Source: Sphingobacteriales bacterium
GTDB lineage: Bacteria; Bacteroidota; Bacteroidia; Sphingobacteriales; Sphingobacteriaceae
Length of the DNA: 64,000 nucleotides
NCBI GenBank assembly: GCA_025353765.1
Contig: JANXOD010000041.1
Span: 23,502-87,501 of the forward strand
Reading direction: 5' to 3'
A model generated the notes under the pieces. The model was given only the letters and a program-made list of their open reading frames with translations. It did no database searches and was not told where the DNA came from. The translations under genes were made by a program, and so were the position numbers. This document shows positions 1 through 9,668 of this stretch, piece after piece (the stretch's first letter is position 1; each line of letters opens with the position of its first letter).

Positions 1-65
1 TAAAATATTAATTAATTTTATGTTATAATTTAATTTTTTTTAACCTTTTTAATTTATATCTACCA

Positions 66-419
66 ATGGCAAGATTAAAAACATCTTCAAAAACTTATGA
101 AAAGGCATTTCGCCGAATTGCATCTGTAAAAAACATTGATGCTAATTTTGATCTGGGCAACGGCCTTACCGCAGCAGCTTATCAGGCAGCTATCGACTTG
201 GTAAAAAATTCGATGGATGAGTATAATACTCAATTATCAAAAGTAGACGGGCTGTTAAATACTCTTAAAGACAGTGAAAAAGCACTTAATGATTGGAATG
301 AGCGTATTCTTAATGGTGTAGCTTCTAAATATGGTAAAGACAGCAGTGAATACGAAGAAGCCGGCGGGACACGTAAAAGCGATTATAAAAAGCCGGTTAA
401 AAAAGCGAAAGCTGCTTAA
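66..419 (+). CDS. hypothetical small protein with Lys-rich C-terminus
   Basis: 117-aa ORF with no competing frame. A GC-stem/T-run hairpin follows about 24 nt downstream. No family recognised. Confidence 0.5.
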   Translation: MARLKTSSKTYEKAFRRIASVKNIDANFDLGNGLTAAAYQAAIDLVKNSMDEYNTQLSKVDGLLNTLKDSEKALNDWNERILNGVASKYGKDSSEYEEAGGTRKSDYKKPVKKAKAA

Positions 420-442
420 GGTTTATTCATCCAATTTTATCC

Positions 443-475
443 CCCTCCAGACTTCATAAACCTGGAGGGTTTTTG
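443..475 (+). terminator. rho-independent terminator
   Basis: Stem ccctccag (443-450) pairs with ctggaggg (462-469), followed by a T run. Confidence 0.6.
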
Positions 476-637
476 TATTATTGGTGTCGACTGTCTCTAA
501 AAATTAAACTTCCGTTTTAGGTTTCATTTTTTTTGATAAAAAACTAATCCATTTGTCGCCTAAATTCTCTTTATCCGATTAAATTATTAAACTATTTTGA
601 ATAAATAGTACCTTTACAACCATTAAAAACAAAAACT

Positions 638-1729
638 ATGAACAATCAAACTAAATATTACAACAAAGCAAAATTACTTAGCCAGTATCTATTTATTCTG
701 TTTACAGGCTTTATCCTTATACTGGCATCCTGTAAAAAGAAAGAAGCCATACCTGCAAAAACAGATGATGTATATGTAGCTGGCAGTATAACAATAGCAG
801 GAAAGGACTACCCTGCCTATTGGAAAAATGGCACCAAGGTTCAATTATCAACAACTGAAGAAGGCTATGTATATGCACTAGCTGTAAATGGGGAAGGTGT
901 ATATGCTGTGGGATATGTTGCCCCCAATTCTGACCAGATTACTTTATGGAAAAACGGGAAAGCAATTCCGGTAACATTACCTGGTACTCCTCCTGCAGAG
1001 GCTTATGGTATTGCTTTATCCGGGACAAATGTGTATGTATGCGGCTATCAATCAGACGGCCTTAATAGCAGTGAAGTTGCTAAATACTGGAAAATAGGAG
1101 CAGATGAAAAGCCAATAGCATTTCCCTTAGGCCAGGGGGGGTATATTGGTAAAAATGCAGAGGCTTATGGTATTGCTGTTTCAGCTAATCATGTATATGT
1201 TACAGGTGATGTAAATGCTGGAAAAATTGCTGTGCTTTGGGATGATACCGGTACTCAATATACAGGATATAAAGAATTAACAGATGGGACACTTCTTGCT
1301 AAAGCTTGGAGCATTGCCCTATCGGGGCCGGATGTATATATAGGAGGAACTGAAAATGAAAGTATAAAATACTGGGTAAATGATGGTAAGCCTGCTAATA
1401 CTCATGTGCTTGGTGCAGGTGCTTCATATGAATACCTTAACGGTATTGCCGTTAATGGAAATACGGTGTATATGGCCGGTATTGATGCCTCCGGGCTTTT
1501 AAAGAAAGCCATGTATTGGAATAACGGCAAACTTTTTCTCTTAACTGGAGGATCTGGATCTGGGGAAAAGGCCTATTCCATAGCGGTAGCCGGAAATAAT
1601 GTATACGTAACCGGAGATAATGATAATACTAGTGCCAGCTACCTTTGGAGAAATGGCAAGCTTGTAGCCCCATTTGATGGCAAAGATGCTAATATTTATG
1701 CTATAGCATTATTTGTGGTAAAAAATTAA
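638..1729 (+). CDS. lipoprotein with about 8 degenerate beta-propeller-like repeats
   Basis: Signal peptide ends in lipobox LILASC. The block AYGIAxSGxNVYVxG / VYVAG recurs through the protein. Confidence 0.65.
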   Translation: MNNQTKYYNKAKLLSQYLFILFTGFILILASCKKKEAIPAKTDDVYVAGSITIAGKDYPAYWKNGTKVQLSTTEEGYVYALAVNGEGVYAVGYVAPNSDQITLWKNGKAIPVTLPGTPPAEAYGIALSGTNVYVCGYQSDGLNSSEVAKYWKIGADEKPIAFPLGQGGYIGKNAEAYGIAVSANHVYVTGDVNAGKIAVLWDDTGTQYTGYKELTDGTLLAKAWSIALSGPDVYIGGTENESIKYWVNDGKPANTHVLGAGASYEYLNGIAVNGNTVYMAGIDASGLLKKAMYWNNGKLFLLTGGSGSGEKAYSIAVAGNNVYVTGDNDNTSASYLWRNGKLVAPFDGKDANIYAIALFVVKN

Positions 1730-1744
1730 GTATATAAAATCATG

Positions 1745-1781
1745 AAAGAGGCTATCTTAAAGAGGTTAGCCTCTTTTTTTA
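1745..1781 (+). terminator. rho-independent terminator
   Basis: Stem aaagaggcta pairs with tagcctcttt, followed by T7. Confidence 0.6.
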
Positions 1782-1902
1782 TGCCTTTCAATTAAAACTG
1801 CATTCTCACTCTTGCCTACTTAAGTACTTATAATATCTAGAAACAAAACTAATAAAGCATATTATTGTTCCATAATTATTTATTAAGGGGATTAATGCTT
1901 TA

Positions 1903-2124
1903 TTGGTATTTATGAAAACTACATTTCAAATTGGCGATCATGTCAGCTGGAATTCTGAAGCAGGATATATAAAAGGTAAAATCATTAAAATACATACAAC
2001 TAACTTTAATTTTAAAGGATATGTTCGTCATTGTACTGAGGAGGAACCGCAATATGAAGTTAAAAGCGATAAAACCGGCCATATTGCGGTGCATAAAGGG
2101 TCGGCATTGAAAAAAGTTGAATAG
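1903..2124 (+). CDS. DUF2945 / HVA1 Tudor-like small protein
   Basis: FQIGDHVSWNSEAGYIKGKI...PQYEVKSDKTGHIAVHK resembles the DUF2945 family as I recall it. The ORF opens at TTG 1903; ATG 1912 (MKTTFQ) is the more likely start. Confidence 0.55.
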   Translation: MVFMKTTFQIGDHVSWNSEAGYIKGKIIKIHTTNFNFKGYVRHCTEEEPQYEVKSDKTGHIAVHKGSALKKVE

Positions 2125-2141
2125 ATTAAATGCGGATCACA

Positions 2142-3086
2142 TTACCTCTCATTTAAAAACTCAAATAGTATCCCTTCTTTTAAAGCATAAGTAGAAAGCT
2201 TTATCTGATCCATTTTCAGGAGATTTATAACGTATAATGTTAAAATAGTAGCAACAACGATCATATCTACCCGTACCGGAACAATTTGAGGAGATGCTAG
2301 TCTTTGCTGGTGGGTGCTTTTCAAAAGTTGATCGGCCACAATCATAAACTGATCTTTATTGAATATGAATTCGGGTTCGTTTAACAGATCTTTTGGGAGG
2401 TTAAATTGATGGCTAACCAGATTGGCAAATGTTTCAAAAGCACCGGCAGAGCCAATTAGTACTAGCGGGTTAAACAAACGGCATTGCTCTGTTAATTCGG
2501 TTAAGGTGTTTTGCAGGTGATGATGAATGGCATACACATCCTCCTTTGAAATAGGATCTGAATGATGAAATAATTCCATCAGCTTTGCTGCCCCAATGGG
2601 ATAACTTTTTTTCCAGAGCAATTGGGAAGCATTACAGAGAATAAATTCCACACTGCCTCCACCAATATCCATAATGAGAGCAGTTTCCTGGCTAAGTTTA
2701 ACAGCTTCACGTACGCCTTTATATATTAATTCGGCTTCCCTATTGCCATCAATCAATTCTATTTCTATGGCAGTTTCTAATTTTACCTGCTTGATAAAAT
2801 ATGCTCCATTAGAGGCTGTTCTTAATGCCGCAGTTGCCAAGGCTTTTATCTCATTAACCTGGTATTGTTTTATTAGGATATTGAAGTTTTGCATAGCCGA
2901 AAATCCCCGTTCAAGGGCTTCATTTGTAATACGGCCATTTGTCATTCCGCCTTCTCCTAATTTAACAGGAATGGTTTCTTTCAATACAATATCCGCTGAT
3001 CTTCCTTTCGCTACATCAGCAATTAGTAAATGAAAGGTATTGGTCCCCAGGTCTATTATGGCTATTCGTGTATTCATTATAATCAA
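2142..3086 (-). CDS. Ppx/GppA family phosphatase (exopolyphosphatase-like)
   Basis: ASKHA-fold motifs IAIIDLGTNTFHLLIA and IMDIGGGSVEF. Confidence 0.8.
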   Translation of the reverse strand: MIIMNTRIAIIDLGTNTFHLLIADVAKGRSADIVLKETIPVKLGEGGMTNGRITNEALERGFSAMQNFNILIKQYQVNEIKALATAALRTASNGAYFIKQVKLETAIEIELIDGNREAELIYKGVREAVKLSQETALIMDIGGGSVEFILCNASQLLWKKSYPIGAAKLMELFHHSDPISKEDVYAIHHHLQNTLTELTEQCRLFNPLVLIGSAGAFETFANLVSHQFNLPKDLLNEPEFIFNKDQFMIVADQLLKSTHQQRLASPQIVPVRVDMIVVATILTLYVINLLKMDQIKLSTYALKEGILFEFLNER

Positions 3087-3141
3087 AAAATCCCCATAAG
3101 GTAAACTTACAGGGATTAATACTAACTAAAAAATATATATA

Positions 3142-4455
3142 TTATTCTTTATACATGAACCATTTTGCCAGCTCCTTGAAGCTTACTTTTTTGCCGTACA
3201 TTAAAATACCCACTCTGTAAATGCGTGAGGCGACCCAGGTGGTAAAAATGAAGCCGCCAATAAGCAAAAATATGGATAAAGCTAACTGCCAGTGTGGAAC
3301 ACCAAAAGGTAGACGAACCATCATGGCAACCGGTGAAGTAAACGGAATGATACTTAGCCAGAAGGATATGGTGCTATCCGGATTATTGATGATAAAGCTG
3401 AAGGACATAATATAGGTGAAGAGGAGTGGGAGCGTGATTGGAAGCACAAACTGCTGCGTTTCTGTATCACTATCTACTGCCGAGCCTACTGCTGCAAATA
3501 AAGCACTGTAAAGCATATATCCACCCAGGAAAAATGTTAAAAAGACCGGCAAAATGTACCCGAAAGGAATAGTTTGCATGGCTTTTACAACATCCATTCC
3601 TACACCATTTGACGGTTGAGAGTTTGGAACTTTCATTTGTTGCGAATGCTGCATTTCAGATTTGATTACATCCATCTTATCTTTCATCAATACTTTTCCG
3701 GCAACACTCATCAGTGTGGTAGATAATACGATCCAAAGCAAGAATTGTGTTAACCCAACCATGCCTATGCCAATGATCTTACCCATCATTAATTGAAAAG
3801 GTTTTACGGATGATATAACTACTTCTATAATACGATTGGTTTTCTCTTCAATTACACCACGCATTACCTGTACACCATAAATGAATAAAGACATGTAAAT
3901 TAAAATCGCCCCGGCAAAGCCTACAAACATAGCTGCACCAGAACTGCTGTCTTTTTCGCCTTCGGCAGTCAGCTCTTTAGATACGATGCTTAGCTCGGGT
4001 TTGATTCCTTCCAGCGTTTTTGCATCTATACCGGCATCTTTTAACAATTTTGTACGCATTAAATCATTCACCTCGTCTTCAATGGTACTCATTACAGATA
4101 TCCCTGCTTTCTTTTGCGAGAAGATCTCAATTTGTCCGCCGGAAGCAACGTTTTTAGGAACATGCATCACAAAGGCATCTTCATTTTTTATTACTTCCTT
4201 TTTAGCATCGGCTAATGACTGGGTGGATGATTTGAACTTAATAGACTTTTTATCTTTAAACTGGCCTGCAAAAACTCCGCTATCATCAATTACCTGGATG
4301 ATGGGCGCTTTATCTCCACCCTTAATGGTTAATGCAATAACTAAAGCATACATACCAATCATGAGTGCAGGAACCAGAAAAGTAAGGATCAGGAATGATT
4401 TCTTTTTTACCCGACTTAAATATTCACGTTGTATAATGAGTAATGTTTTGTTCAT
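3142..4455 (-). CDS. ABC-2 type transporter permease
   Basis: N-terminal TM helix, large extracytoplasmic loop and C-terminal cluster of TM helices. Lies 10 nt downstream of the ABC ATPase gene. Confidence 0.75.
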   Translation of the reverse strand: MNKTLLIIQREYLSRVKKKSFLILTFLVPALMIGMYALVIALTIKGGDKAPIIQVIDDSGVFAGQFKDKKSIKFKSSTQSLADAKKEVIKNEDAFVMHVPKNVASGGQIEIFSQKKAGISVMSTIEDEVNDLMRTKLLKDAGIDAKTLEGIKPELSIVSKELTAEGEKDSSSGAAMFVGFAGAILIYMSLFIYGVQVMRGVIEEKTNRIIEVVISSVKPFQLMMGKIIGIGMVGLTQFLLWIVLSTTLMSVAGKVLMKDKMDVIKSEMQHSQQMKVPNSQPSNGVGMDVVKAMQTIPFGYILPVFLTFFLGGYMLYSALFAAVGSAVDSDTETQQFVLPITLPLLFTYIMSFSFIINNPDSTISFWLSIIPFTSPVAMMVRLPFGVPHWQLALSIFLLIGGFIFTTWVASRIYRVGILMYGKKVSFKELAKWFMYKE

Positions 4456-4464
4456 GGCTTATGA

Positions 4465-5361
4465 TTAGTTTTTTACTTGTTGAATGAAAATATCGTTAAT
4501 ACTTGGCACCACTTCGCTGAGCTCGGTAACCTGTACCCGGGAAATTAAAAATTGAAGTAGATCATTTGCTGTATGCCCGCCGTTTATTTTAAGTGTGAGA
4601 TGATTTCCATCTGCCTGATTTTTTTGATCGATAATAGTAAACAATTCATTAGCCGATTGTTTTAAATCTCCTGAATAAACAATGCGATAAGTGTTATCGC
4701 GGTAGGAGTTTTTAATGTCTTTTACTTTTCCATCCAGTATTTTATGAGATTTATGAATGAGGGCGATGCTGTCACATAACTGTTCTACAGATTCCATACG
4801 ATGGGTAGAAAAAATAATGGTTGCTCCCTTTCTGTTTAGTTCCAAAATCTCATTGGTAATTATTTCTGCGTTTATCGGGTCGAAACCCGAAAAAGGTTCA
4901 TCCAGTATAATTAATTCCGGGTTATGCACTACGGTTGCCACAAACTGAACTTTTTGTTGCATGCCTTTACTCAGGTCTTCTACTTTTTTATTCCACCAGC
5001 TTTGCATCTCCATTTTTTCGAACCAGTATTTAATTCGTTTGGTAGCATCTGCTTTAGACATCCCTTTTAATTGAGCCAGGTAAAGCATTTGATCGCCGAT
5101 TTCCATTTTCTTGTACAAACCCCGTTCTTCGGGCAGGTAACCAATTTTAGAAATGTGAGATGGATTAAGTTTTTCTCCGTCTATCCATATTTCACCCGAA
5201 TCCGGGGCGGTAATTTGATTGATGATGCGGATGAGTGAGGTTTTTCCGGCTCCGTTTGGTCCTAGTAGACCGAAAATACACCCTTTTTCAACTTCTAAAC
5301 TGACATCATCTAAAGCCAGATGATTGGCGTATTGTTTAACAATGTTTCTGATACTTAGCAT
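4465..5361 (-). CDS. ABC transporter ATP-binding protein
   Basis: Walker A GPNGAGKTS, signature LSKGMQQK, Walker B LIILDEP. Confidence 0.9.
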   Translation of the reverse strand: MLSIRNIVKQYANHLALDDVSLEVEKGCIFGLLGPNGAGKTSLIRIINQITAPDSGEIWIDGEKLNPSHISKIGYLPEERGLYKKMEIGDQMLYLAQLKGMSKADATKRIKYWFEKMEMQSWWNKKVEDLSKGMQQKVQFVATVVHNPELIILDEPFSGFDPINAEIITNEILELNRKGATIIFSTHRMESVEQLCDSIALIHKSHKILDGKVKDIKNSYRDNTYRIVYSGDLKQSANELFTIIDQKNQADGNHLTLKINGGHTANDLLQFLISRVQVTELSEVVPSINDIFIQQVKN

Positions 5362-5562
5362 TTATAAATTTTATGAGTTGAATTAAGTGGGAAATTATAA
5401 ATTTTTTAGATATTAAATGAGAGTAGTTGTTACAAAAAGAGTATAGAAGATTTGTCCCAGTAGGTTCTCTCGTATAGGAATCTGTGTCATTTATGCAGAG
5501 TCCCTTTCAGGAAGACACCACAGGGACAAAAACCAACTCCTATTTCTCTTGTCTATTTTGTC

Positions 5563-5877
5563 TCACCAACTGGCCAGTTGATTTTTATATACATCGAATA
5601 CTGACTTCCCATCTTCGGTTTCTATTCCCCAAGGTTTTTCAATATTGATCGTTACTATTTCCTGCTTATTTGAATTAATATAGGTTTTTTCTATTTCCCC
5701 TGCGATTACTCCAAATCTAGGATATATTGATGTTTCATGCAGATCTTCTTGCGTTACTACAGGCACTTTTTCGGTCACAAAATATTCAACATTATAAATG
5801 TCCTGAAAAGAACATCGCACCCAACCAGGAAAATGTGAATCTATATATTCTACTATTTTGACTTTTATTCCGTCCAT
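5563..5877 (-). CDS. hypothetical protein
   Basis: 104-aa ORF with no recognisable motif and no signal peptide. Confidence 0.45.
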   Translation of the reverse strand: MDGIKVKIVEYIDSHFPGWVRCSFQDIYNVEYFVTEKVPVVTQEDLHETSIYPRFGVIAGEIEKTYINSNKQEIVTINIEKPWGIETEDGKSVFDVYKNQLASW

Positions 5878-5968
5878 AAAATAAAAAATAAGGGGAACCT
5901 TCTTACCATCTATAAAAACTTATCAAATTTAATGAATGAGCTTAGTTCATAAGGTAAAATAATATTTC

Positions 5969-6035
5969 TTATTCAAAATGCTCTTTCATCTTATCGAAAA
6001 AGCTTTTCCCAGTTTTACTGAGTTAGGTTTGGAGA
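5969..6035 (-). pseudogene. decayed copy of the dnaJ 3' end
   Basis: The minus strand reads [15 protein letters not shown]-stop, versus [15 protein letters not shown]-stop in the genuine DnaJ. Upstream similarity (tctccaaac) survives with a net 8-nt deletion that breaks the frame. Confidence 0.65.
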
Positions 6036-6146
6036 TCACAAGTAATTTTATGTCTTCATGTCTAAGGCTTATAATTTATATTAAGCCATACTAAGTTTTC
6101 AAACTGTTATCTGCTTGTTTGCGTATATTTCAGCAAATTATAAAAT

Positions 6147-7439
6147 ATGAAATATCTTCTTTCCGGATTATGCCTGCTTAATTTTTTAACAGCCTGTAAA
6201 CATGAAAAATCACAGATAGTTAATCCAATTTTTGTGGATAGCCTGATCACTCATTATACCAATTCACCTGCTATAAAAGCGAATGAGGAAGAAATGAAGT
6301 TCTGGAAAAATCGGATAGATCCTAAATCACCAGGAATAACGAATGAATCTAAATATGCAGGCACGCTGATCGCACGTTTTCATCAATTTGGTGATATTGA
6401 AGATGTAAAAGAGGCTGAAGGTTTGATGCATCAGATAAATAAAACCTATAACGAAAAAGAATCAGGCCCATTTACTGCTTTAACGGGATATGCCATATTA
6501 CAACATCGTTTTAGTGAGGCCGATACTCTTTTGAAAAGAGCACTGAAAATTGGACTTCAGAGTTACCCGGCTAATACCTTATCATTTGATGTGAATTTTG
6601 AATTAGGAAGATATGATATTGCCGCTTTTAATCTCAATAAAATTAAATCGGATATAGATTACGGTTATTTCTTCCGAAAATCAAAAATGGATCATCTAAA
6701 TGGATCAATAGATAGCGCCATAGTTGCTATGGAAAAAGCAGCGGATTTGGTGAAGACATACTCTTCTTTGTATGAAATTGCCTTATCCAATGCGGCGGAT
6801 CTATGTATTCATGCTTCGGATTTAAAAAAAGCAAATGATCTATATGTTCAAAGTATCCGGTCTAACAGTTCTGATTTTCACAGCATCATGGGTTTAGGTT
6901 GGATTGCTGCTATACACGATAAGAACTACGCTCTGGCGAATAAATTATTCCAATTTGTACAAAGCAAAAACAAATTGCCTGATGCTACATTCAAATTATA
7001 TCAAACAGCACAGGCTAAGGGAGATGCCGTCGCTGAAAAGAAATATGCCGGAGAGTTTGAATTCAAATCTACCCGGCCTCAATACGGCCATATGTATAAT
7101 AAATACTTAATTGAACTGTATACAGGTGTTTTAAAAGATTATACTAAATCAGAAGCTATCTCAAAAAACGAACTAAGCAATCGGGCAACTCCCCAAACGT
7201 ATGCCTGGTATGCATGGAGTTTATTTAAAAACAATAAAAAAGACGAAGCCTATAAAATATTTAGTCAGCATGTTTCGGGTAAGCCTTTAGAAGGGTTAGA
7301 GCTATATTATATGGGCAAACTGATGCAGGGATTAGGTAAAGGCTATAATGCGAAGGAATTTTTTAAAGCTGCTGATTCAAACCAGTATGATTTGAGTCCG
7401 GCTTTTGCAAAAGACGTGAAGAGCAGTTTAGAAGAATAA
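6147..7439 (+). CDS. lipoprotein with TPR-like helical repeats
   Basis: Lipobox LTAC, followed by an all-helical repetitive sequence rich in A/L/Y/K pairs. Confidence 0.55.
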   Translation: MKYLLSGLCLLNFLTACKHEKSQIVNPIFVDSLITHYTNSPAIKANEEEMKFWKNRIDPKSPGITNESKYAGTLIARFHQFGDIEDVKEAEGLMHQINKTYNEKESGPFTALTGYAILQHRFSEADTLLKRALKIGLQSYPANTLSFDVNFELGRYDIAAFNLNKIKSDIDYGYFFRKSKMDHLNGSIDSAIVAMEKAADLVKTYSSLYEIALSNAADLCIHASDLKKANDLYVQSIRSNSSDFHSIMGLGWIAAIHDKNYALANKLFQFVQSKNKLPDATFKLYQTAQAKGDAVAEKKYAGEFEFKSTRPQYGHMYNKYLIELYTGVLKDYTKSEAISKNELSNRATPQTYAWYAWSLFKNNKKDEAYKIFSQHVSGKPLEGLELYYMGKLMQGLGKGYNAKEFFKAADSNQYDLSPAFAKDVKSSLEE

Positions 7440-8102
7440 ACGTTGTATGGTCCAAAAACTGGCTATTAATGCAATCAATATAGATAGGGGAATAACGATA
7501 TACTTCCTGTAATAAGGTTTATCTCCAAACCATTTAGATAATAAGAAATAGGCGGTTAGTATAACGGTTAACTGACCCAATTCCACGCCTACATTAAACA
7601 TAATTAAGGAGAGGAGATAAGAGTCTTTAGGTAAACCTAATTGGCCTAAAGCACCGGCAAAGCCCATTCCATGCACTAATCCAAACAAGAAAACCACTCC
7701 AATACGAGAAGATTTTAGGCGTGGAGAAAAGATATTCTCTAAAGCCACATATACAATAGATATGGCTATTAAAGGCTCTATAATATGCGCTGGCGGAGTT
7801 ATAAGATGATACATGGCCAGTCCAAGCGTAACAGAATGTGCAACTGTAAATGCCGTTGCCTGCCATAAAACAGGTTTTAACTTAGGGCTCAAAAGAAATA
7901 AACTGAGGACAAACAAGATATGATCAAATCCTAAAGGCAGTATGTGAATATATCCCTGTTTCAAATACACAAAAGCCGCATCCGTTTTGGATAATTTTTC
8001 CAGTTCGCCCACTACCACATGTGCATAAACAGGCTGAAAGATAAACGAGAGTATAAATAGAGGGCCTAAGATTTTAAGGTAATACGATGCTGGATTTTTC
8101 AA
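7428..8102 (-). CDS. HupE/UreJ family membrane protein
   Basis: Signal peptide plus conserved HILPLGFDHILFVLSL and GLVHGMGFAGAL blocks; about 6 TM helices. Confidence 0.75.
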   Translation of the reverse strand: MKNPASYYLKILGPLFILSFIFQPVYAHVVVGELEKLSKTDAAFVYLKQGYIHILPLGFDHILFVLSLFLLSPKLKPVLWQATAFTVAHSVTLGLAMYHLITPPAHIIEPLIAISIVYVALENIFSPRLKSSRIGVVFLFGLVHGMGFAGALGQLGLPKDSYLLSLIMFNVGVELGQLTVILTAYFLLSKWFGDKPYYRKYIVIPLSILIALIASFWTIQRLFF

Positions 8103-8185
8103 ACTTTAGTTTTTGATGATAATAAGTTAGTATCAATAATATGTTTAAATTGGCAATTAAAATAGATAACTGCCATTATCGGATA

Positions 8186-8216
8186 TAAAAAAACCGGATG
8201 TGATATCCGGTTTTTT
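8186..8216 (-). terminator. rho-independent (bidirectional) terminator
   Basis: Stem aaccggat pairs with atccggtt around a 5-nt loop, flanked by an A run and a T run. Sits between the DUF4331-like pair and the HupE/UreJ gene. Confidence 0.7.
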
Positions 8217-8236
8217 ATTCTTCTACTAAATTTATA

Positions 8237-8794
8237 TTAATGAGGAGATGCTAAGTAAGGAAAATTTGTTAAAAATGCTTTGTCATTAGCATTAACATGA
8301 TCTGATGTTAAAAAAGCATTTGCAGTACCATCTGGTCCACCAAAAATTAAAAGCAACTCAGTATCAATAACGTCATCACCCAAAGCTCTTCCCGTTAATA
8401 CATTAGTCCCATCAAAAAATGTAGTTTTACCTGTTGTAGATACATTCAAAACATCAGTTGCTAATACACCTGTAAAGGTAGAAGCATCTAAGCCTAAAGC
8501 ATTAGTTGTATATGCATTTGCATTAAGAGCTTGTAGCTTTGCCTGAAATTTTGCCTGAAAAGCAGCTCCCATGGCAGAAGGGATAGTGGCATTAAAGGCA
8601 TCTTTATCTGCAGTAGCTACAAATACAGTGTTAATTGCAGGACGTCCAAACTGATCTCCCTGAACAGAGAAAACAACCCCTGTATACGGATCAGCAGCAA
8701 CGACTGGAGTTTTATCTTTCTTGCACGCACCTAATGTTAATGTAATTGCTGCACAAAAACCAATTACGGTTATATATATGTTATTTTTTTTCAT
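8237..8794 (-). CDS. lipoprotein resembling the C-terminal half of DUF4331
   Basis: Own lipobox LGAC. GRALGDDVIDTELL and the C-terminal NDKAFLTNFPYLASPH match the DUF4331 C-terminal signature as I recall it. Confidence 0.55.
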   Translation of the reverse strand: MKKNNIYITVIGFCAAITLTLGACKKDKTPVVAADPYTGVVFSVQGDQFGRPAINTVFVATADKDAFNATIPSAMGAAFQAKFQAKLQALNANAYTTNALGLDASTFTGVLATDVLNVSTTGKTTFFDGTNVLTGRALGDDVIDTELLLIFGGPDGTANAFLTSDHVNANDKAFLTNFPYLASPH

Positions 8795-8810
8795 GATCTT
8801 AATTTATTAA

Positions 8811-9476
8811 TTAGCCTCTTTTTTTAGTTTCTACCCAAACATTTATTTTGCCTGTCACAATACTACTATTTAGCAATGCTTTTGGCACTTCTACTACAGC
8901 GCTTAACACGTTTGTGCCTGCAAATTTATCTACAGGGGCGTTAGTAAAACCAGTAGCTGTACCTGCAATTATCTTTTTATATTGGTCTAAATCAAAAAAG
9001 AAGGGATCATCTCTTGGGCCTGCAAAAGCAGTAATGCCTGTTGATGAAGTAGCTGTGATAGCAGTAGATGAAGAGTAAGGAGTAATTCCCACACTAACTG
9101 AAGCAGTACCCATTATTGTACTTGAAAGGCCAGTAGTTGCAGGTTTAACAGGACCATAAACATACATTTTACCATCTTTAAACGCACACTGAATAACCAG
9201 ATCTTCTACATTATCGCCTGTATTATCAATGTTAAATTCAATTAGCGTGTTTTCATCAAAATGAGCGGCAGCTGTTGCACCAGGAGTAAGTAAACCCTGT
9301 ACATCACAAACAAAAACCATATTAGCAGTGTTAGTACCCTGAAATACGTACATGTCTGTAATATCGGTACTTTGACCGGTTACCAGAGGTGCGTCTATAT
9401 GATCGGCAGCCCATAAAATACCACCGCCCAACAATAATGCTATGGCAGCAGCAGAAAGAAGTTTCATTTTTTTCAT
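8811..9476 (-). CDS. secreted protein resembling the N-terminal half of DUF4331
   Basis: Own signal peptide. The mature N-terminus ADHIDAPLVTGQSTDITDMYVF matches the DUF4331 N-terminal signature. Confidence 0.55.
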   Translation of the reverse strand: MKKMKLLSAAAIALLLGGGILWAADHIDAPLVTGQSTDITDMYVFQGTNTANMVFVCDVQGLLTPGATAAAHFDENTLIEFNIDNTGDNVEDLVIQCAFKDGKMYVYGPVKPATTGLSSTIMGTASVSVGITPYSSSTAITATSSTGITAFAGPRDDPFFFDLDQYKKIIAGTATGFTNAPVDKFAGTNVLSAVVEVPKALLNSSIVTGKINVWVETKKRG

Positions 9477-9579
9477 TTTTTAAATTTTTTATGTTTGAGT
9501 ATAAATACGCAAGTTGAGAGAGGATGGTTTTTAATTGCTCAACTATTTTTTTGACAATAGAATAAGAAACGATTTCAAT

Positions 9580-9606
9580 AAAAAAACCCATTCAATTTAA
9601 TGAATG
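9580..9606 (-). terminator. possible dnaJ terminator (weak)
   Basis: On the minus strand, cattca/tgaatg forms a 6-bp stem followed by GGG and T7. Confidence 0.35.
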
Positions 9607-9668
9607 AGCTCTGTCTTATTTATGAGACTTTCAGGTTTTTAAAGCCGATCGTTACTGATATTGTATCA

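Noticed and set aside
2674-3033. Antisense or shadow ORFs throughout the track (e.g. 2674-3033, 3986-4468, 10371-10781, 11237-11527, 40919-41182, 54867-55217, 60005-60322)
   Set aside because: Each lies wholly inside a longer, motif-supported gene on the opposite strand and has a low-complexity translation.
9331-9591. 86-aa minus-strand ORF overlapping the start of the DUF4331 N-terminal-like gene
   Set aside because: It is out of frame with, and overlaps, a gene that has a clean signal peptide and family signature. Its own sequence has no features.
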